DNA of 64,000 bases, taken from Gemmatimonas sp. (lineage in GTDB: Bacteria; Gemmatimonadota; Gemmatimonadetes; Gemmatimonadales; Gemmatimonadaceae). This document shows, piece after piece, positions 20,411-33,837 of the stretch. The notes beneath the pieces are model-generated. The model saw only the letters and a program-made list of their open reading frames with translations. It ran no database searches and was not told the origin of the DNA. The position numbers and the translations under genes were made by a program. The stretch lies in assembly GCA_965279375.1 (NCBI GenBank), contig OZ257156.1, positions 4,448,001 through 4,512,000 on the forward strand. Reading direction: 5' to 3'. The first letter of the stretch is position 1; every line of letters begins with the position of its first letter.

Positions 20411-20502
20411 CGCGCTGACGAGGGCGTGGGGATCCGAATCCGTGCGGCGCAGCGTTAATTCCTGATCATGCGCCGTACGAATGTCATTCAGCCGCCGCCG
20501 CA

Positions 20503-21363
20503 GTGAAATCGCGCCCCCACGCTGTGCAAGTTCGCGAGCTCCCCGTTGCGATCCGCATCATCCAGCGTGCCAACCGCACGCTGGGTCGTGTCGCACCAGC
20601 CACAATCGCGCGCCTGAATCGCGGGCTCTTCGTACGCCCACGCAAGTTCGCCGCGCGGGAGTGGGAATATGCGTTCGAGTCGATGGCGCAGCGGTCACGC
20701 CTGCCGTCCGGCGTCTCGGTGTTGCGCGCCGGTGACGGGCCGCTCGTAGCCTGTATTCACGGCTGGGAGGGTCGCGCCACGCAGTTTGCGCACTTCGTGC
20801 CGGTGTTGCTCGCGGCGGGCTACGGCGTCGTCGCCATCGATGCGCCTGCGCACGGCCAGTCCCGCGGCGACACGTCGGATCCGTTTCTCTTCGCGGACGC
20901 GCTGGTCGAAGTTGGCCGCAGCATTGGACCGCTGCAGGGCGTAGTGGGCCATTCCATGGGCGCCGGCTCCATCGCGTTGGCGCTGCGACTTGGCCTACAG
21001 GCAGAGCGCGCGGTCCTCATTGCCTCGCCGGCGTCGCTGCATGAGGTACTGCATCGATTTGCGTCCGTCATGCACATGCCACCGCACGCCACGCGGCATT
21101 TCGTCGATGCGATGCACAGGCGCGTGGGGGCTCGGGCGCACACCACGCCCGACCTGCTCGAGATCGCGCGTGACACCACGACACCGGCGCTACTGATCCA
21201 CGCGCCCGACGACGCGGAGATTCCCTTCTCCGACAGCGAACGCATCGCCGCCGCCATGCCGAACGCGACGCTGCTGGCCGTCGACGGCGTGGGTCATCGG
21301 CGCATTCTGCGCGACGAGACCGTCATTCGAGCCGCTGTGGATTTCCTGTCGACAAAGGGCTAG
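20503..21363 (+). CDS. Alpha/beta hydrolase
   Basis: IHGWEG, DAPAHG, GHSMG nucleophile elbow, DAEIP, GHRRIL. Confidence 0.9.
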   Translation: MKSRPHAVQVRELPVAIRIIQRANRTLGRVAPATIARLNRGLFVRPRKFAAREWEYAFESMAQRSRLPSGVSVLRAGDGPLVACIHGWEGRATQFAHFVPVLLAAGYGVVAIDAPAHGQSRGDTSDPFLFADALVEVGRSIGPLQGVVGHSMGAGSIALALRLGLQAERAVLIASPASLHEVLHRFASVMHMPPHATRHFVDAMHRRVGARAHTTPDLLEIARDTTTPALLIHAPDDAEIPFSDSERIAAAMPNATLLAVDGVGHRRILRDETVIRAAVDFLSTKG

Positions 21364-21401
21364 CGACCAGCGTGCACAACGGGCGCCTCAGCCGCGGAGC
21401 A

Positions 21402-22268
21402 TCAGCGAGCGCGAGTGACCGTCACCGCATCACCGACACGAAGCGTGCCTGGCACCGCATGCGTGGCATTCATGCCGAACACCACGCCGCCATCAGCGCG
21501 CCGATAGCTGGCGAAGGTGCGCAGCGGTTCCACGCCTGACTCGGCCGTCTGTGGGTCGACCGTGGTCATGACGCATCGGAGGCACTGGGATCCCACTCCG
21601 ATCGTCACGCCGCCAATGACGATCTCGCGCCACGCGTCCTCTTCGTGCGCGGCGATACCGCCGAGCAGCACGTTCGGACGAAAGCGTGCGACTGAGACCG
21701 CATCGCCCCCCTGCTCCAACAGGCGCTCGTTGAGCCCGTCGATGCTCCCCTGCCCCAGCAGCAGCAACGGCGCGCCGTCGGAGAAGGCGACCTCGCGCTC
21801 GGTAGACGGCAGATCGCCGGCGAACCTGGGCTGCAGCGGACGGCGCGCCTGCGACGCCAGATAGACCATCCTCGCGCGCGCACCTAACGCTGCACTGCAC
21901 CATTCCGACGCCTCGTCGCCCGCATCCCACGCGGAAACGGTGTCATCCCAGATGCGCACGTCGAGCGCGGGGCCCGAGGTCGGCACCGTGACCGTGATCG
22001 CCTCCTGGGCCGCTGCTTTCAGTATCAACGCGCCGTTGCGATCAGACTCGGCGAACGCCGGCTGAATCAGCGCCAACCGGTGATACTCGCGCGCCGTGAT
22101 CGCCATTCCGTCCGCGTCGACCAACATCCATCGCCGGTCGCCCACGGCGCCTCGTGCATCGAGCGTCAGCTCGTCTACCGGAATCGCGGCCGCCGACTTG
22201 AGCGGATGCACGAACAGCGCGGAGACTCGCGCCACCATCGATCGACCTTCGTCAGCATTGCCGTTCAT
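21402..22268 (-). CDS. MOSC-domain protein (YcbX/mARC-like)
   Basis: HPLKS, GDRRWMLVD, FSDGAPLLL, RFRPNVLL, CLRCVMTTVDP. Confidence 0.92.
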   Translation of the reverse strand: MNGNADEGRSMVARVSALFVHPLKSAAAIPVDELTLDARGAVGDRRWMLVDADGMAITAREYHRLALIQPAFAESDRNGALILKAAAQEAITVTVPTSGPALDVRIWDDTVSAWDAGDEASEWCSAALGARARMVYLASQARRPLQPRFAGDLPSTEREVAFSDGAPLLLLGQGSIDGLNERLLEQGGDAVSVARFRPNVLLGGIAAHEEDAWREIVIGGVTIGVGSQCLRCVMTTVDPQTAESGVEPLRTFASYRRADGGVVFGMNATHAVPGTLRVGDAVTVTRAR

Positions 22269-22275
22269 GGCTGCA

Positions 22276-23673
22276 TCACTCCGCTCCAGCGTGCGGGTAG
22301 TTCGTGGACGCCGCGCTTCTGCGCCAGTACGCATACACGGGCAAACCCAGCGCAATCAATCCCGCGCCGCGCGCCGCGTTGCCGGGGTTCGACAGAATAG
22401 ACCCGGCCACCACGTACAGCGCCGCCGCGATGAACAACAGCGTCGTCCACGGATGCCATGGCGTGGTCGTTGTGGGCACGAATCCCGCGCGTGCGTCGCG
22501 TGCGCGCAGCGCGAAGAGCGCGGCCGCCGTCGAGCCAAAGAAGATCCAGTCGGCAAACACCACATAATCGAGCAACTGCCCGTAAGTGCCCGTGAGCAGC
22601 AGCGCGAGCGCCACTGCAGCTTGCACGACGAGCGCGGTCACCGGCGTGCGCGTTTTCGGATGCAACGTGGCCATGCTCTTGAAGAACAGCCCATCGGCAG
22701 CCATTGCCTGATAAACGCGCGCAGAGAGCAGAATCACGACGCCAAGAAAACCCACCGTCGAAATCACGATACCGACGGCAATGAGCGCGCGACCGGGGGC
22801 GCCCAGATACACGAACATCGTGTCGGCCGCAGGCGCCGAACTGCGGGCGAGGCCGTCGGCGCCCAACGCGCGCAGATACGAGACGTTGACCAGCAGATAT
22901 GTAGCCACCACCACGAGCACGCCGAAGATCAATGCCTTCGGCAACGTGCGTGCAGGATCCACCAACTCTTCGGCCACGGCATTGGTCTGCTGCCAGCCTC
23001 CGAACGAAAAGAGCACCGGCACCAAGGCCGCGCCCATCGCCAGCACGACAGACAGGCCGCCCGTGGGGAGATTCACAGTCACCGACGTCGTCGATGGGGG
23101 CACCGGATGCGACGGAGCGAGAAACAGTGCCGCCGCCACCAGTACGCCGATCGCGCCGAGCTTGAGCAGGGTGAGCACGTTCCCCGCGGTCGCGCCGATG
23201 CTGACCCCCAGCACGTTCAGCAGCGTCATCACGGCGATCAGCGCAATCGCGATGGGGCGCACGGCCCATACGTCCAAGCCGAGGAGCGTGGCCAGGTAGC
23301 TCGCGCCGGTCATGCCGACGGCCGCGATCGCGCCGGTGGCCATGATCAGGAAGAGCGCCCAGCCGTACAGAAACGCTGGCAGCGGCCCCCACGCGTCGCG
23401 CAAGTAGATGTACGTGCCGCCGGCCAACGGCCGCCGCGCGCCCAGTTCTGCGTACACGAACCCGCCGATGATCGCGACGAGCGCGCCAAGTCCCCAGGCG
23501 ACCAGCGTGAGCGAGGCGGTCCCCACGCGCTGCGCCACGACGGCGGGGGACAGGAAAATCCCCGAGCCGATGATCCCCCCCACCACCAGCATTGTCCCGG
23601 AGAATGTGCCGAGTCTGGCGTCGTATCCGACGCGACTTGTCCCTACAGCGTGCGGTTCGGGGGATGAGGCCAT
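22276..23673 (-). CDS. APC-family amino acid permease
   Basis: GGIIGSGIF, YAELG, GGTYIYL, FSFGGW and about 12 TM segments; start set at ATG 23673. Confidence 0.92.
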   Translation of the reverse strand: MASSPEPHAVGTSRVGYDARLGTFSGTMLVVGGIIGSGIFLSPAVVAQRVGTASLTLVAWGLGALVAIIGGFVYAELGARRPLAGGTYIYLRDAWGPLPAFLYGWALFLIMATGAIAAVGMTGASYLATLLGLDVWAVRPIAIALIAVMTLLNVLGVSIGATAGNVLTLLKLGAIGVLVAAALFLAPSHPVPPSTTSVTVNLPTGGLSVVLAMGAALVPVLFSFGGWQQTNAVAEELVDPARTLPKALIFGVLVVVATYLLVNVSYLRALGADGLARSSAPAADTMFVYLGAPGRALIAVGIVISTVGFLGVVILLSARVYQAMAADGLFFKSMATLHPKTRTPVTALVVQAAVALALLLTGTYGQLLDYVVFADWIFFGSTAAALFALRARDARAGFVPTTTTPWHPWTTLLFIAAALYVVAGSILSNPGNAARGAGLIALGLPVYAYWRRSAASTNYPHAGAE

Positions 23674-23763
23674 TGCCGCAAAGTGCAGCGTGTAAATTTG
23701 CGGCGCTACCACGTTTTGCTCGCGTGTGCCGTGACCGTCCACTGTCCCTTCGACGCCCTGCCC

Positions 23764-25146
23764 ATGTCCCCACGGCTTTTCATCAGACGCGCGACCTCCG
23801 CGCTGCTGCTCGCCGCCGCGCCGCTTCTGTCCGCGCGCGCGCAACAGGCCCCGCGCATTCCGTTCGAGAAGTTCACGCTTCCCAACGGACTCGAAGTCAT
23901 TCTGCACGTCGACAAGTCCACGCCGATCGTCGCCGTCAACGGCTGGTACAAGGTGGGCTCGGGTGACGAGAAGCCCGGCCGCACCGGCTTCGCGCATCTC
24001 TTCGAGCACATCATGTTCATGGGCTCGCAGAACGTGCCCGTCGGCAAGTTCGATCAGTGGCTGGAGGCCGCAGGCGCCAACAACAACGGCTCCACCACCT
24101 TCGATCGGACGAACTACTACGAGACCGGTCCGTCCAACGCGTTGCCGCTGATGCTCTGGCTCGACGCCGATCGCATGGGCTGGCTGCTCCCGACGATGGA
24201 CCTCGCCAAGGTGGACCTGCAGCGCGACGTCGTGAAGAACGAACGTCGGCAGGGCGTCGAGAATCAGCCGTATGGTCTGGTGGACGAGACGATTCTCCCG
24301 ATCATGTTCCCGCCCACGCATCCGTACTCGTGGGACGTGATCGGCTCGATGAAGGATTTGAGCGCCGCGTCGGTGGACGACGTGAAGGAGTTCTTCAAGA
24401 AGTATTACGCGCCCAACAACGCCAGCATCGCGATCGCGGGTGACTTCAATCCCGATTCCGCCAAGGCGTGGGTGACGCGCTACTTCGGCAAGATCCCGCG
24501 CAACGCCGATGCGCCCGTGCGTCCGATCGTTCCTGCGCCCGCGCTCAAGAAGGACACCGTCGTGGTGCTCGAAGATCGCGTGCAGTTGCCGCGCGCCTAC
24601 TACTTCTGGCATGGCGTCAAGTCGCTCAGCGCCGACGAACCAGCGCTCGACGCACTCTCGTCCATCCTCGCCGGCGGCAAGAGCTCGCGTCTCTATCGCA
24701 CGCTCGTCTACGAGAAGCAGATCGCGCAGGACGTGCGCATGAACAACGATGCCAGCAACCTGGACGGCATCATTCGCATCTCGGCGACGGCCAAGCCGGG
24801 CACGCATCCGCGATTGCTCGCGGCTGAAATCAACGCGGCCATTGCCGACATCGCGGCCAAGGGTGTCACTGATCGCGAGCTGACGCGCGTCAAGAATGGT
24901 GTGCGCGCCGGACTGCTCGACGAACTTTCCTCCGTTCTCGGAAAGGCCGACCGTTTGAGCTACTACAACTACTTCGCCGGCACGCCGGACTGGATCGAGC
25001 AGGATCTCGCGCGCTACGAAAAACTCACCACCGCCGACGTACAGCGCGTGGCCAAGCAGTACCTGCTCTCGCAGCCCAAGATCATCCTCACCGTCGTTCC
25101 CGAAGGCAAGAAGGATCTCGCGCTCTCGGCCGGAGGGTCCAACTGA
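23764..25146 (+). CDS. M16 zinc peptidase, catalytic subunit
   Basis: Signal peptide; GFAHLFEHIMF (HxxEH), VVKNERR, YYAPNNA. Confidence 0.93.
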   Translation: MSPRLFIRRATSALLLAAAPLLSARAQQAPRIPFEKFTLPNGLEVILHVDKSTPIVAVNGWYKVGSGDEKPGRTGFAHLFEHIMFMGSQNVPVGKFDQWLEAAGANNNGSTTFDRTNYYETGPSNALPLMLWLDADRMGWLLPTMDLAKVDLQRDVVKNERRQGVENQPYGLVDETILPIMFPPTHPYSWDVIGSMKDLSAASVDDVKEFFKKYYAPNNASIAIAGDFNPDSAKAWVTRYFGKIPRNADAPVRPIVPAPALKKDTVVVLEDRVQLPRAYYFWHGVKSLSADEPALDALSSILAGGKSSRLYRTLVYEKQIAQDVRMNNDASNLDGIIRISATAKPGTHPRLLAAEINAAIADIAAKGVTDRELTRVKNGVRAGLLDELSSVLGKADRLSYYNYFAGTPDWIEQDLARYEKLTTADVQRVAKQYLLSQPKIILTVVPEGKKDLALSAGGSN

Positions 25147-26612
25147 TGCGCCGCCAGACTCGCTCCATCACGCTCGGCCTGACTGCGCTCGGCGTGCACG
25201 CTGTTGTCGCTGTCAGCAGCGCACAGGCGCAGGCACCGAACGTCTACACCAAGCCGCCCAAGCTCGCGGCACCACGCACGCTCACGCTCCCCACGCCCGT
25301 TGAACGCACGCTCCCCAACGGCCTCAAGTTGGTGATCGTCGAGCAGCACGAACTGCCCGTAGTGGACATCGCGCTCGTCGTGCGTTCAGGCGCAGAAGCC
25401 GATCCCAAGGACAAGAAGGGACTGGCCACGCTCACCGCCAACCTGCTGGACGAGGGCGCGGGCGCGTACGACGCGCTCGGTCTCGCCGAACAGATCGGCT
25501 TTCTCGCGATCGGTCTGGGCACCAGCGCAGGCTTTGATCAGAGCACCGTCAGTCTGCACACCACGCGCGCCACGCTGGACAGCGCCGCTGCACTGATGGC
25601 CGATGTCGTGCTTCGCCCGACGTTCGCGGCCAAGGAATTCGATCGCATCAAGAGCGAGCGTCTGACCTCACTCCTGCAGGAGTCGGATCGCGGTCCCGTC
25701 ATGGCCGACCGCGCCTTCGCGGCGATCGTCTACGGCGAAGACCATCCGTACGGCAACACCACGGCCGGCACGCGCGAGGCCGTCGAGAGCATCACGCGCG
25801 ATGATGTCGTGAACTTCTGGAAGTCGGTCTATCGACCGGACAACGCCACGCTCGTCATCGTTGGCGATCTGAGCGTCGCGAACGCCGAAGCGCTGGCCAA
25901 GCGCGCGTTCGGCGGATGGACCAGCGGCGCGGCAACGGCCGCCGTCGCAGCGGTCAAGGCACCGGCTCCGCAGGCGCGCACGATCTACATCGTGGACAAG
26001 CCCAAGGCGGCGCAGTCATCGTTCCGCATCGGCAGCGTTGGTGTGGCACGAAGCACGAAGGACTACTACCCGCTCATGGTGATGAACACGGCGCTGGGCG
26101 GTTCCTTCACCAGTCGCCTCAACGCCAACCTGCGCGAGACCAAGGGCTACACGTACGGCGCCAGCTCGGGATTTGCGATGCGTCGCGAGGAAGGGCCGTT
26201 CGTCGCGCGCGCCGAAGTCGTCGCGGCCAAGACCGACTCGGCGCTGATCGAGTTCATGAAGGAGTTCGACGCCATCAGAAAGCCGCTCCCCGCCGAGGAA
26301 CTCGCCAAGACGAAGCGCTATCTGCAGCTTGGGTACGCGGACCGGTTCGAATCCACGGGCGACATTGCCTCGCAGATCGCGGCGCTGGTGCCATACGGAC
26401 TGCCGCTCTCCACGCTGGGCGCGTACGAACGCGGCATGGGCGCGGTTACGGCGGCCGATGTGCAACGCGTCGCCACGCGCTATCTCGATCCATCCAAGTT
26501 GGCGATCGTCATTGCGGGCGATCGTGCCTCCATCGAAGCAGCGCTCAAGGCGACAAAGATCGCGCCGGTTGAAATTCGCGACCTGCGTGGCCGTCGTCTC
26601 CCCGTTCCTTGA
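25146..26612 (+). CDS. M16 peptidase, non-catalytic partner subunit
   Basis: M16 fold lacking HxxEH; SRLNANLRETKGYTY (R/Y pair); TGATG overlap. Confidence 0.9.
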   Translation: MRRQTRSITLGLTALGVHAVVAVSSAQAQAPNVYTKPPKLAAPRTLTLPTPVERTLPNGLKLVIVEQHELPVVDIALVVRSGAEADPKDKKGLATLTANLLDEGAGAYDALGLAEQIGFLAIGLGTSAGFDQSTVSLHTTRATLDSAAALMADVVLRPTFAAKEFDRIKSERLTSLLQESDRGPVMADRAFAAIVYGEDHPYGNTTAGTREAVESITRDDVVNFWKSVYRPDNATLVIVGDLSVANAEALAKRAFGGWTSGAATAAVAAVKAPAPQARTIYIVDKPKAAQSSFRIGSVGVARSTKDYYPLMVMNTALGGSFTSRLNANLRETKGYTYGASSGFAMRREEGPFVARAEVVAAKTDSALIEFMKEFDAIRKPLPAEELAKTKRYLQLGYADRFESTGDIASQIAALVPYGLPLSTLGAYERGMGAVTAADVQRVATRYLDPSKLAIVIAGDRASIEAALKATKIAPVEIRDLRGRRLPVP

Positions 26613-26622
26613 GGATGTGCTG

Positions 26623-27558
26623 ATGTCGTTCTCTCTGCTTCATCGCCGCGCGCCTCGTGCGCTGCTGCTGGCCGCCACGGCACTGTCGCTCGCGGCGTGT
26701 CATCGCGCTGCGGGGCCGCAGTCGGCCAGCGCCAAGCGTGCGCCGCGCCCGGACATGCTGGTGTCTACGCAGTGGCTCGCGTCGCACGCCGCTGACAAAA
26801 ACCTCGTCGTGCTGCACGTTGGCCGTCGCGCGCAGTACGACAGCGGCCACATGGCCGGCGCGCGTTTCGTGTCGCTGCAAGACATCTCGGTCACGGAAGG
26901 CAAGCTGACGCTGCAGCTCCCCCCAGTCGCGCAGCTCTCGGCGTGGGCACAAGCCAACGGCATCGGCGACAAGTCGCGCATCGTCGTGGTGCCACACGAC
27001 GACACCTTGCAGTCGGCGACGCGTGTTTTCCTCACGCTCGCGTATCTGGGCGCGCTCGATCGCACCTCGCTGCTGGACGGCGGTTTCAAGGCGTGGAAGT
27101 CGGAAGGACGGGCGTCGGTGACCGCGGCACCTGCGGCCCCGGCACCCACGACCTTCACCGCGCGCCCGCAGCCGGCGCTCATCGCCACCATCGCGCAGGT
27201 GGAGGCGGCCACGCAGAACGGTGAGCTGTCGATCGTGGACGCCCGCCTGCCGCGCTTCTACAACGGCGACGGCGGCGGCTATCCGCGGCCGGGGCACATT
27301 CCAACGGCCGTGAACGTCCCGCTCACGACGGTCGCCACCAACGGCCATTTCAAGGCGCCTGAGGAGCTCAAGCGACTCTTCTCCGACGCGGGCGTGAGTG
27401 ACGGCAAGCCGGTCATCACCTACTGCCACATCGGCCAGCAGGCCTCGCTGCTCTGGTTCGTGGCCACGATGCTCGGCTACGACGCCCGCATGTTCGACGG
27501 ATCGTTCCAGGAGTGGAGCGGGACGGAGCGGCTGCCGATCGTGGCGCCCAAGAAGTAG
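26623..27558 (+). CDS. Tandem-domain rhodanese/sulfurtransferase, lipoprotein
   Basis: Lipobox LAAC; LVSTQWL, GHIPTA, active loop [15 protein letters not shown]. Confidence 0.9.
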   Translation: MSFSLLHRRAPRALLLAATALSLAACHRAAGPQSASAKRAPRPDMLVSTQWLASHAADKNLVVLHVGRRAQYDSGHMAGARFVSLQDISVTEGKLTLQLPPVAQLSAWAQANGIGDKSRIVVVPHDDTLQSATRVFLTLAYLGALDRTSLLDGGFKAWKSEGRASVTAAPAAPAPTTFTARPQPALIATIAQVEAATQNGELSIVDARLPRFYNGDGGGYPRPGHIPTAVNVPLTTVATNGHFKAPEELKRLFSDAGVSDGKPVITYCHIGQQASLLWFVATMLGYDARMFDGSFQEWSGTERLPIVAPKK

Positions 27559-27688
27559 CTCAAGGAGTCCAGCGGCCCGTCGCGCGTCGGCGCGGGTTGG
27601 AGGGAGGCGCGCCACGGCTGTAAGTTGGGGCGTTCGGCGGCGGGGCACTTCTGGTCCCGCCGCGTTCGACTCCCTTTGCCGACACGCC

Positions 27689-28249
27689 GTGAGCGCCGCA
27701 GACCGCGACACCACCGCTGCCTCCCCCGCCCTCACGCCGTTGGTGGGCGTGGTCATGGGAAGTGCCAGCGACTACGACACGCTGGCGCCGGCGTGCGAAA
27801 TCCTGGCCGAGCTTGGCATCCCGTACGAAGCGCGCGTGGTCTCCGCGCACCGCACTCCCGACTGGCTGTTCAGCTACGCTGAAACGGCGGCCGCACGAGG
27901 ACTGCGGGCGATCATCGCCGGCGCGGGCGGCGCGGCCCACCTGCCGGGAATGCTGGCCGCCAAGACGTTCGTGCCGGTTCTAGGCGTTCCGGTGGTCGCG
28001 ACCCCGCTCAACGGCATGGACGCGCTCCTGAGCATCGTGCAGATGCCAGCCGGCGTGCCGGTCGCCACCTTCGCCATCGGGAAGCCGGGGGCCAGCAACG
28101 CCGCCCTCTTCGCGGCGCAGCTCCTCGCCGCCGGCGACGCCGAATTGGCCGCCCGTCTGGCGACACGCCGAGCGACCAAGGCCGAGGAAGCGTTGGCGCG
28201 ACCGCTCGCCGCCCCGAACGCGATTGCCCCGACCGTCGCCGCGCCGTGA
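27689..28249 (+). CDS. purE: N5-CAIR mutase
   Basis: [34 protein letters not shown]. Confidence 0.96.
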   Translation: MSAADRDTTAASPALTPLVGVVMGSASDYDTLAPACEILAELGIPYEARVVSAHRTPDWLFSYAETAAARGLRAIIAGAGGAAHLPGMLAAKTFVPVLGVPVVATPLNGMDALLSIVQMPAGVPVATFAIGKPGASNAALFAAQLLAAGDAELAARLATRRATKAEEALARPLAAPNAIAPTVAAP

Positions 28250-29454
28250 GCATGGCCGACACGAACGCGCCGATTCTCCCCGGAGCGACTATCGGGTTTC
28301 TCGGCGGGGGCCAGCTCGGACGCATGACCGCCTTCGCTGCGCGGTCGATGGGCTACGACGTGCAGGTGCTCGATCCTGACCCCGCCTGCGCCTCTCGCGC
28401 GGTGGCATCGCGCAGCATCACGGCGCCCTTCAGCGACGTGGCGGCCGCGGTGGAATTGGCCAAGGCCTGCGATGTCGTCACGCTCGAGATCGAGCAGATT
28501 CACCCGGACGTGATGGCCGCGGTGATGCAGCACGCGCCGCTCCGTCCTGGACGCGATGCCGTGTACATCATCCAGGATCGCATCCGACAGAAGGAGTGGC
28601 TGGCCGAGCATGAGTTCCCGCTGGGCGCCTTCGTCGCGGCGCGTTCGGCGGAGGACGTCGCCGAGGCGGTGCGACGCTTTGGCCCATCGATCGCCAAGTC
28701 CACGCACGGCGGATACGACGGTCGCGGACAGGTGCGGCTCGCTGACGCCACGCTCGCGGCCGACGCGTGGAGTTCGCTCGGGGCGCAGCCGTGCGTCGTG
28801 GAGCAGCGCGTCGAGATCGACTATGAGATCTCGGTGATGGTCGCGCGTCGGCCGTCGGGGGAGATCGCGGTCTATCCGCCCTCTCGCAATCACCACACCA
28901 GCGGCATTCTCACCTGGGCCGTGGTGCCGGCCGTCATCACCGAGGAGATGTCGCAGCGCGCGCAAACGCTGGCGGCCGACATCGCGACGACATTGGGTAT
29001 CGTAGGGCTGCTGGCGGTCGAGTGCTTCGTGACGACGCGCGGCGAGTTGCTGGTGAACGAACTCGCACCGCGCCCGCACAACACGTACCACCACAGCGAG
29101 CGCGGCAACGCAACCAGCCAGTTCGAGCAGCTGGTGCGCGCTGTCTGCAACCTGCCGTTAGGCAGCACGGAGCTGCTGGCGCCCGCGTCCATCGTGAATC
29201 TGCTCGGCGACGTGTGGCTGCACGCCGAACCACCGGCCTTCACGGAGGCACTCGACGTGCCGTCGTCGCGTTTGCATTTGTACGGCAAGGCGAGCGCACG
29301 GGCCGGTCGCAAGATGGGCCATCTCTCGTCCACCGGTGCGACGGCGCAGGAAGCTCTCAGCCGTGCGCTGCTCAGCTATCGCATCCTGTCGCCTCACACC
29401 ACGGACCAGTTCGACGTGCACGAGCCGCTGCTGTTGGTTCCGTCTAACGGTTAA
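28246..29454 (+). CDS. purK: N5-CAIR synthase
   Basis: [29 protein letters not shown]; overlaps purE. Confidence 0.96.
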   Translation: MSMADTNAPILPGATIGFLGGGQLGRMTAFAARSMGYDVQVLDPDPACASRAVASRSITAPFSDVAAAVELAKACDVVTLEIEQIHPDVMAAVMQHAPLRPGRDAVYIIQDRIRQKEWLAEHEFPLGAFVAARSAEDVAEAVRRFGPSIAKSTHGGYDGRGQVRLADATLAADAWSSLGAQPCVVEQRVEIDYEISVMVARRPSGEIAVYPPSRNHHTSGILTWAVVPAVITEEMSQRAQTLAADIATTLGIVGLLAVECFVTTRGELLVNELAPRPHNTYHHSERGNATSQFEQLVRAVCNLPLGSTELLAPASIVNLLGDVWLHAEPPAFTEALDVPSSRLHLYGKASARAGRKMGHLSSTGATAQEALSRALLSYRILSPHTTDQFDVHEPLLLVPSNG

Positions 29455-29530
29455 CTGCACGAATCGCCCAGCAACTCCCCCGCCCCACTGTCTTCACGCG
29501 CCTTCGCTCTCACCTGCACACGTCAGACTC

Positions 29531-29908
29531 ATGTTTCCACGCGACTTGTACGAGATCATTCACGTCATCGGTATTGCGATGCTGTTCGTGGCCATCGGCG
29601 GCGTTGCCGTGCACGCGGCCAACGGCGGCAGCAAGACCAACACCTCCACGCGCGGCCTCGTCAGCGCGGTGTTCGGCATCGGCTCATTTCTCATTCTGTT
29701 GGGCGGCTTTGGCATGATGGCGCGACTGGGTCTCGTGCGCGGCATGCCGCCCGCGTGGCTGACGGTGAAGATGGTGATCTGGTTCGTGCTCAGCGGCATC
29801 GTGCTTCTCCCCTATCGCAAGCCGGCACTCGCCCGCCCGTTCTTGCTCTTCCTGCCGCTGCTCGCCGGCGTCGCGGTCTACATGGCGGTGTACAAGCCGA
29901 TTTCGTGA
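29531..29908 (+). CDS. Small four-TM membrane protein (SirB2-like)
   Basis: IIHVIG, WLTVKM and C-terminal VYKP pattern. Confidence 0.65.
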   Translation: MFPRDLYEIIHVIGIAMLFVAIGGVAVHAANGGSKTNTSTRGLVSAVFGIGSFLILLGGFGMMARLGLVRGMPPAWLTVKMVIWFVLSGIVLLPYRKPALARPFLLFLPLLAGVAVYMAVYKPIS

Positions 29909-29924
29909 GGCATGTGATCGGGGC

Positions 29925-29953
29925 TTGACCTTTCCGCCCCGGCTGCCGATACT
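29925..29953 (+). promoter_or_regulatory. Sigma70-type promoter of the met leader
   Basis: TTGACC-N17-GATACT; same -10 hexamer as the tRNA-Asn promoter. Confidence 0.7.
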
Positions 29954-30038
29954 GACTTGTGCGCGGCGAGTTCCCCGATTTGACGGGCCGCGCACCATCG
30001 CCTGAGGCGATGGACATCCGTCTAAGTCGTGGTCCTTG

Positions 30039-30077
30039 CGGCCCGCGACGAGAAATCGACGCGGGTCGTTTTGTTTT
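30039..30077 (+). terminator. Intrinsic terminator or attenuator within the met leader
   Basis: CGGCCCGCG-a-CGA-GAAA-TCG-a-CGCGGGTCG followed by TTTTGTTTT. Confidence 0.7.
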
Positions 30078-30138
30078 CGCGACCAGCGTGATCGCACCGC
30101 AGCGAAAAAACTGAAGACAAACTGGTGCATCCCGCACC

Positions 30139-33823
<3,685 letters not shown>

Positions 33824-33837
<14 letters not shown>

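Noticed and set aside
22276..24807. 843-aa ORF suggesting a large N-terminally extended permease
   Set aside because: The extension is the antisense shadow of the M16 peptidase gene; permease homology starts at ATG 23673.
30012..30027. GGACATCC as a MetJ box
   Set aside because: A single 8-mer without the tandem repeat MetJ requires; the RNA-structure explanation fits better.
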